Positions 59,545-64,000 of a stretch of 64,000 nt of DNA are shown here, piece after piece (position 1 is the stretch's first letter; each line of letters starts with the position of its first letter). The notes beneath the pieces are model-generated. The model did no database searches. It saw nothing but the letters and a program-made list of their open reading frames with translations, and was not told the DNA's origin. The position numbers and the translations under genes are program-made. Source of the stretch: Candidatus Latescibacterota bacterium (GTDB lineage: Bacteria; Latescibacterota; UBA2968; GCA-2709665); the NCBI GenBank assembly GCA_965203805.1, contig OZ241917.1, positions 4,416,001 through 4,480,000 of the forward strand. The letters run 5' to 3'.

Positions 59545-61509
59545 ATGCAGACAACACAGCCGGATACACATCCTGAAGCGACTGCCGGTCCGGAACGATG
59601 GGGCGTCACCGTGCGAGCGGTCGCCATCGGGCTTGGCGTTGCCCTCTTCATTCAGGGCTGGGGCATCTTTTCCAGCCGGGTGATCCGGTCGTCCGGCGTG
59701 ACGGCCGGTTTTCTTTCGCCGGCCCTGTTCATTGCGATCCTGCTCGTCCTGTTCGTTCTGAATCCCTTCCTGAAGCGGGTCGTTCGGTCCGCGGGACTGA
59801 GCCTCGCGGAGATGCTGACGATTTTCGCGATGGGGCTGATGGGCGGCGCTCCCATCGCGCTCCTGTACGCCTTTATCACGATTCCCTACTACCTGGCCAC
59901 CCCTGAAAACCAGTGGGGCAACCTCCTGCACCCGAACCTGCCTTCATGGGTCGCGCCCCTCGACGTGGACGGCGCCGTCACGCTTCTGTTCAACGGATTG
60001 CCGGACGGGCAGGGTACGATACCATGGGGGGCATGGGTCGTGCCCATGTTCTGGTGGGTGCTTCTGTTCTGCGTGCTGGCATTCGCCGCGGCTTCGATTT
60101 CCGTGGTACTCCGGAAACAGTGGGTGGAACACGAGCGGCTGCGGTACCCGGTCCTGGAACCGATCGTGGAGATGGCCAGGGGCTCGGAATCCGGCGGGTG
60201 GTGGCCGCAGTTCGCCCGCGGAAAGCTGTTCTGGTTCGGGGCGGGATTCGCGTTCGTATTTATCTTCTGGAATGCGCTGCCCTGGATCTCGCCGGCCTTT
60301 CCCGAGATGCCGGTACGCGGGCGGGTGTATGCCTTCTTCGGGCGGGACATGCCGCCCATGTTCAGCTATATCGATCCTTTCTCCTTCGCGTTCTCCTACT
60401 TTGCGAACTTGGACGTTCTGTTCAGCGTCTGGTTCTTCTTCGCCGTGTTCGTGCTGGAATTCGGGATTTTCAACCGGCTGGGCTACAGCATCGGCGGCAG
60501 AGGCGACCGGTACGGGTCCTACGACGCGGCATCGAGCTGGCAGGGCCTGGGCGCGTTCTGCGTCTTTGTGTTGTTCGGCCTGTGGATGGCCAGGCGCCAC
60601 CTGAAGGACGTGGTGATGAAGGCGTGGCGGTCGGACCATTCCGTGGACGATTCGCGGGAGATGCTGTCGTACCGGACTGCGGTCCTGGGCGTTGTGGTTG
60701 GGTTTGTTTTTGCGGTCGTGTGGCTGAACCGGGCGGGGATGGACCTGCAGATGGCGATTCCGCTCGTGGCGATGCTCTTCGTTCTCTACATAGGCGTCGC
60801 GCGGATCATCGCCGAATCGGGCCTGTTGTACGTGCAGGGGCCGATGACGGCGCAGAGCTTTTCGGTGTATCTGCTGGGCGCGAAAGCGGTGTCGCCGTCG
60901 AGCCTGACCACGCTCCTTTTCTCCTATCCGATCCACGCGAATTCGACCTCGCAGATGTCGCACGTGGCCAAGGTCGGCGAACAGATCCGGGACAGAGGAC
61001 GACGGCTGTTCTGGGCGGTGGGTCTTTCGTTTCTTGCGACAACCCTGATCGTGATCGTCGGGACGCTCTATCTGGGCTATACCCGCGGGGCGGAGAATTT
61101 CGGACACGGCTTCATCTGCGGGGGCGTGCACAATTTTCCGGATACCGTGAGCAAGATCAAGGAGCCGTTCGACGTCGACTGGAACCGGATCATGTTTTTC
61201 GGGATCGGCGCAGTGGTGATGGTCGTCCTCACGTTTCTCCGCTACCGGTTTCCATGGTGGCCGATCCATCCGGTGGGGTTCGCCATTATGGGGACGGACC
61301 TGGTGCGAAATTTCGCGCTGACGCTGTTTCTGGCGTGGGCGTGCAAGACGGTGATTCTCCGCGTGGGCGGCAACACGCTGTTCCGGCAGGCGCAGCCGTT
61401 CTTCCTCGGCCTGCTGGTGGGGCACGTCCTGGGGATCACGGGGGCGTTCCTCGTGGATATGTTCATGTTCCCCGGAGCGGGGCATAGCATTCACCCGTGG
61501 ATTGAGTAA
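59545..61509 (+). CDS. DUF6785/DUF6784-like multipass membrane protein (OPT-like putative transporter)
   Basis: Many TM helices; GVTVRAVAIG, LSLAEMLTIF, PYYLATPENQW, IPWGAWVVP, LRKQWVEHERLRYP, RIIAESGL, RFPWWPIHPVGF, PFFLGLLVG. Confidence 0.8.
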   Translation: MQTTQPDTHPEATAGPERWGVTVRAVAIGLGVALFIQGWGIFSSRVIRSSGVTAGFLSPALFIAILLVLFVLNPFLKRVVRSAGLSLAEMLTIFAMGLMGGAPIALLYAFITIPYYLATPENQWGNLLHPNLPSWVAPLDVDGAVTLLFNGLPDGQGTIPWGAWVVPMFWWVLLFCVLAFAAASISVVLRKQWVEHERLRYPVLEPIVEMARGSESGGWWPQFARGKLFWFGAGFAFVFIFWNALPWISPAFPEMPVRGRVYAFFGRDMPPMFSYIDPFSFAFSYFANLDVLFSVWFFFAVFVLEFGIFNRLGYSIGGRGDRYGSYDAASSWQGLGAFCVFVLFGLWMARRHLKDVVMKAWRSDHSVDDSREMLSYRTAVLGVVVGFVFAVVWLNRAGMDLQMAIPLVAMLFVLYIGVARIIAESGLLYVQGPMTAQSFSVYLLGAKAVSPSSLTTLLFSYPIHANSTSQMSHVAKVGEQIRDRGRRLFWAVGLSFLATTLIVIVGTLYLGYTRGAENFGHGFICGGVHNFPDTVSKIKEPFDVDWNRIMFFGIGAVVMVVLTFLRYRFPWWPIHPVGFAIMGTDLVRNFALTLFLAWACKTVILRVGGNTLFRQAQPFFLGLLVGHVLGITGAFLVDMFMFPGAGHSIHPWIE

Positions 61510-61527
61510 TGCGCTGTACGGGGATGA

Positions 61528-64000
61528 ATGATGTTTGACGCGATCAGAAGGGTTCTTCTCGTTCTGTTGACGCTGGGCGTCCTCGCACTCGTGGTCGTAT
61601 TCGACCCCGAGGAAGTATCCGACGTGATGCGGGATACGCTGAATATTCATCAGGTGGCGCCAGGGGAGCAGGTGCGCGGCGATCTGTCGGCCGAGGACCG
61701 TGCGGTTCGACAGGTCGTGGATGCGATCACCGAAGACGACGTCAGGACTCACGTGGCGTCATTGACCCGGATGCCGTCGCGCGTGGTCGGGTACGGCGGG
61801 GAAAGGCAGGCGCGGGACTATATTGTATCGCAATTCAAGGCGCTGGGTCTGGAGCGAATCACGACGGAGACCTTCGACGTGACCGTGCCGATCGACCGCG
61901 GCGGCGTGCTGAAGGAGACGGCCACGGGCACGGAGATCCCCATATTCGGTCTCTGGCCGAACGACGTCCGGACGCCGACGCTTCCGGCCGAAGGAATCGA
62001 GGGGTCTCTGATCTACGGGCGGCGCGGAGAGTTTTCGGATTTCAACGGGTCGGTCGTGGACGGCAGCGTCGTGTTGATGGATTTCGGTTGCGGGCAGAAC
62101 TACGTGAACGCAATGACCCTTGGCGCGAAGGCGGTTCTGTTCTTCGACGACGGGAACGTCACGCGCGGGGAGGCGGAGGACAAGTTTCTGGAGGTGCCGG
62201 TAAACGTGCCCCGGTTCTGGATAGACCGGGAGGATGCGCATCGCCTTCTCAATGAAGTTGAGCGCAGGGACGTCAGCGTGCATCTCACGGCCCGAATGGA
62301 CTGGAAAACGGTGGAGGCGGCCAATGTGTACGGCTATCTGCCGGGATCCGAGGAGCGTATTCCGGGGGGAACCGGCATCAGGTGGAAGGACAGGCTGATT
62401 GTGGTCGGGGCGTACTACGACGCCATGTCCATCGTGCCTGCCCTGGCCCCGGGCGCCGAAAGCGCCTCCGGCGCCGCCGCGCTGCTCGAGGTGGTCCGTT
62501 CGCTGAAGCGGCACGGTTCGCGGTACTCCTTCCTCTTTCTGGCGACGTCGGCGCACTTCGAGGGACTCACGGGAATCAACGAATTCCTCTTCAGACATTC
62601 CCGACGAAGCGATTATTTCAGGGACCGGATCCCCGAAGGCGACCGGATCGACTTCAGCCTGTTCGTCGGGCTGGACCTGTCCAGCCGCAGCAGGCAGGTG
62701 GGCGGATTCGCGATGGGGACCTTCTACAACGCCCGCAAGGGAACGGACGAATACCTGAAAAACCTGCTGACGCCGTATTCTCACCGGTTCCGCGAATACA
62801 GCAGGGCGCTCTTCCCGGACGAAGAGCGGTACGTGGACGTGGTGGCGCCGGCCAAGCGGCCATGGACGTCATATATGCCGGTACCCCTGGCCCTGGAAAG
62901 CGAGGCCGCCGTCTTCGTCGGGCAGGAAGCGATGACGCTGGTCACCCTGTACGACGGTCGCGCCCGCACAGACACGCCCCTCGATCTTCCCGAGGCTATG
63001 GCCTTCGACCGCCTGACCGATCAGGTGCGGTCCGTGGCGGCCATGATGATCAGGGCGGGGAACGACCCCGGCTTTTTCCGGGAGACCCAGCTTCGGCTGA
63101 TCGATCGTGGGCACCGTCTCTCCGGGCGAATCCTCTGGTTCGACCGGGACGTGGACTTCGCGATTCCCAGGGTGCCGGTTCCGGGCGCGCTGGTGACCTA
63201 CAAGCAGCCGGGACCGGGCAGCCTGGCCGGCGTCCGGACGCTGATGGTCACGCAGGCCACCAGGGGTCCGATATATGAAGGACCGCCCACCCGCGGGACG
63301 CTGTTCGGATCGAGGGAAGCGGTTGGGCGGACCGGCCGGTTTGGGTTCGACATCGTGAGAAACCGTTTTTCGAATCAGATTCTGGCTTACGAGATCGACG
63401 CGGAGGGGCGGATTGTATCGGCGCCTGACATGGGACGCGAGGGCGCCGGCTCGGATGGCAGAGACGGGAAGTACCCCCTGCTTCAGGGATACGGTTGGTG
63501 GGACAACCAGATGATGGGCGTGCTGTTCAGGTGCCGGTCGCTGAGCCTGTTCGAGATTGTGGATTCCAGCTATCTCTCGGTGCTGGATCACATGAAGGTG
63601 CTCGGGAGGGACAACAGCGAGCCGATCGAGTACGGATTCCGATACGTGGCCAACCAGGGCCGGAAGGAGGGAAAGGTCACGCAGGCGTCGGTGGCGTTCG
63701 CGCCGCCCGGGGAGCGGATCAAGATCCTGATGAGCAGCGGGCTGTTCGGAATCAAGTACCTGCTGATCAACGCGCCGGAAGACCTGTTGACCGATCCGGT
63801 CTCACCGCGACAGGTGAACGCGGCGACCGTGAAGCGGTCCATGGGAGCCGGCTACGTCCCGGACGGAGATGCGATTTCCCTGCCGTCATACAGGGCGGCG
63901 CGGGACATGTGGATCGTGGACGACGTTCGGATGAAGCAGCTGGCACGCTACGGCGTGGAAAACCAGCGGCTCTCCCGGCTGCACGAACGGGCCCGGGAGT
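61528..64000 (+). CDS. Large membrane-anchored M28-peptidase-like protein with PA-like domain and degenerate Zn ligands (3' partial)
   Basis: My translation is open from 61528 to the window end: N-terminal TM, SRVVGYGGERQARDYI, LWPNDVRT, NVYGYLPG, IVVGAYYDAMS, APGAESASG, FLATSAHFEGL, GLDLSS, TDTPLD; absent from the ORF track because no stop codon lies in the window. Confidence 0.85.
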   Translation, partial: MMFDAIRRVLLVLLTLGVLALVVVFDPEEVSDVMRDTLNIHQVAPGEQVRGDLSAEDRAVRQVVDAITEDDVRTHVASLTRMPSRVVGYGGERQARDYIVSQFKALGLERITTETFDVTVPIDRGGVLKETATGTEIPIFGLWPNDVRTPTLPAEGIEGSLIYGRRGEFSDFNGSVVDGSVVLMDFGCGQNYVNAMTLGAKAVLFFDDGNVTRGEAEDKFLEVPVNVPRFWIDREDAHRLLNEVERRDVSVHLTARMDWKTVEAANVYGYLPGSEERIPGGTGIRWKDRLIVVGAYYDAMSIVPALAPGAESASGAAALLEVVRSLKRHGSRYSFLFLATSAHFEGLTGINEFLFRHSRRSDYFRDRIPEGDRIDFSLFVGLDLSSRSRQVGGFAMGTFYNARKGTDEYLKNLLTPYSHRFREYSRALFPDEERYVDVVAPAKRPWTSYMPVPLALESEAAVFVGQEAMTLVTLYDGRARTDTPLDLPEAMAFDRLTDQVRSVAAMMIRAGNDPGFFRETQLRLIDRGHRLSGRILWFDRDVDFAIPRVPVPGALVTYKQPGPGSLAGVRTLMVTQATRGPIYEGPPTRGTLFGSREAVGRTGRFGFDIVRNRFSNQILAYEIDAEGRIVSAPDMGREGAGSDGRDGKYPLLQGYGWWDNQMMGVLFRCRSLSLFEIVDSSYLSVLDHMKVLGRDNSEPIEYGFRYVANQGRKEGKVTQASVAFAPPGERIKILMSSGLFGIKYLLINAPEDLLTDPVSPRQVNAATVKRSMGAGYVPDGDAISLPSYRAARDMWIVDDVRMKQLARYGVENQRLSRLHERARE

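Overview
GC-rich bacterial chromosomal window with about 39 CDS and no rRNA, tRNA, CRISPR array or transposase that I can see. A paired DxDGxxxVGFxDFLxF dockerin-like tag, PorV plus a T9SS-like C-terminal domain, GWxTD and DUF6785-like genes suggest an FCB-group organism such as Ca. Latescibacterota (inference). All 20 genes left of about 26.8 kb are on the minus strand and all 19 to the right are on the plus strand. Left arm: a receiver (REC)-glutamate dehydrogenase fusion followed by a hybrid histidine kinase, oxidoreductases, peptidases, a CoA-ligase/hydratase/PhyH block, an AAC(3)/MBL/GNAT/CocE/Kelch/M55 block and a heparinase II/III-like lyase. Right arm: a promoter and structured ~280-nt leader, then an outer-membrane cluster lacking SusD (small beta-barrel, TonB-dependent receptor, CTD-tagged secreted protein, PorV-like barrel, two non-catalytic FGE-fold lipoproteins, TPR, ASPIC/UnbV, GWxTD). 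After it come four more heparinase II/III-like proteins, Gfo/Idh/MocA enzymes, a CNNM/CBS protein, an orphan DNA methyltransferase, and a DUF6785-like membrane protein next to an M28 pseudo-peptidase that runs off the window and is missing from the ORF track. Best candidates for undescribed systems: the TBDR/CTD-cargo/PorV module, the REC-GDH phosphorelay, and the DUF6785 + M28 pseudo-peptidase pair. All family calls come from reading motifs by eye, not from database searches.
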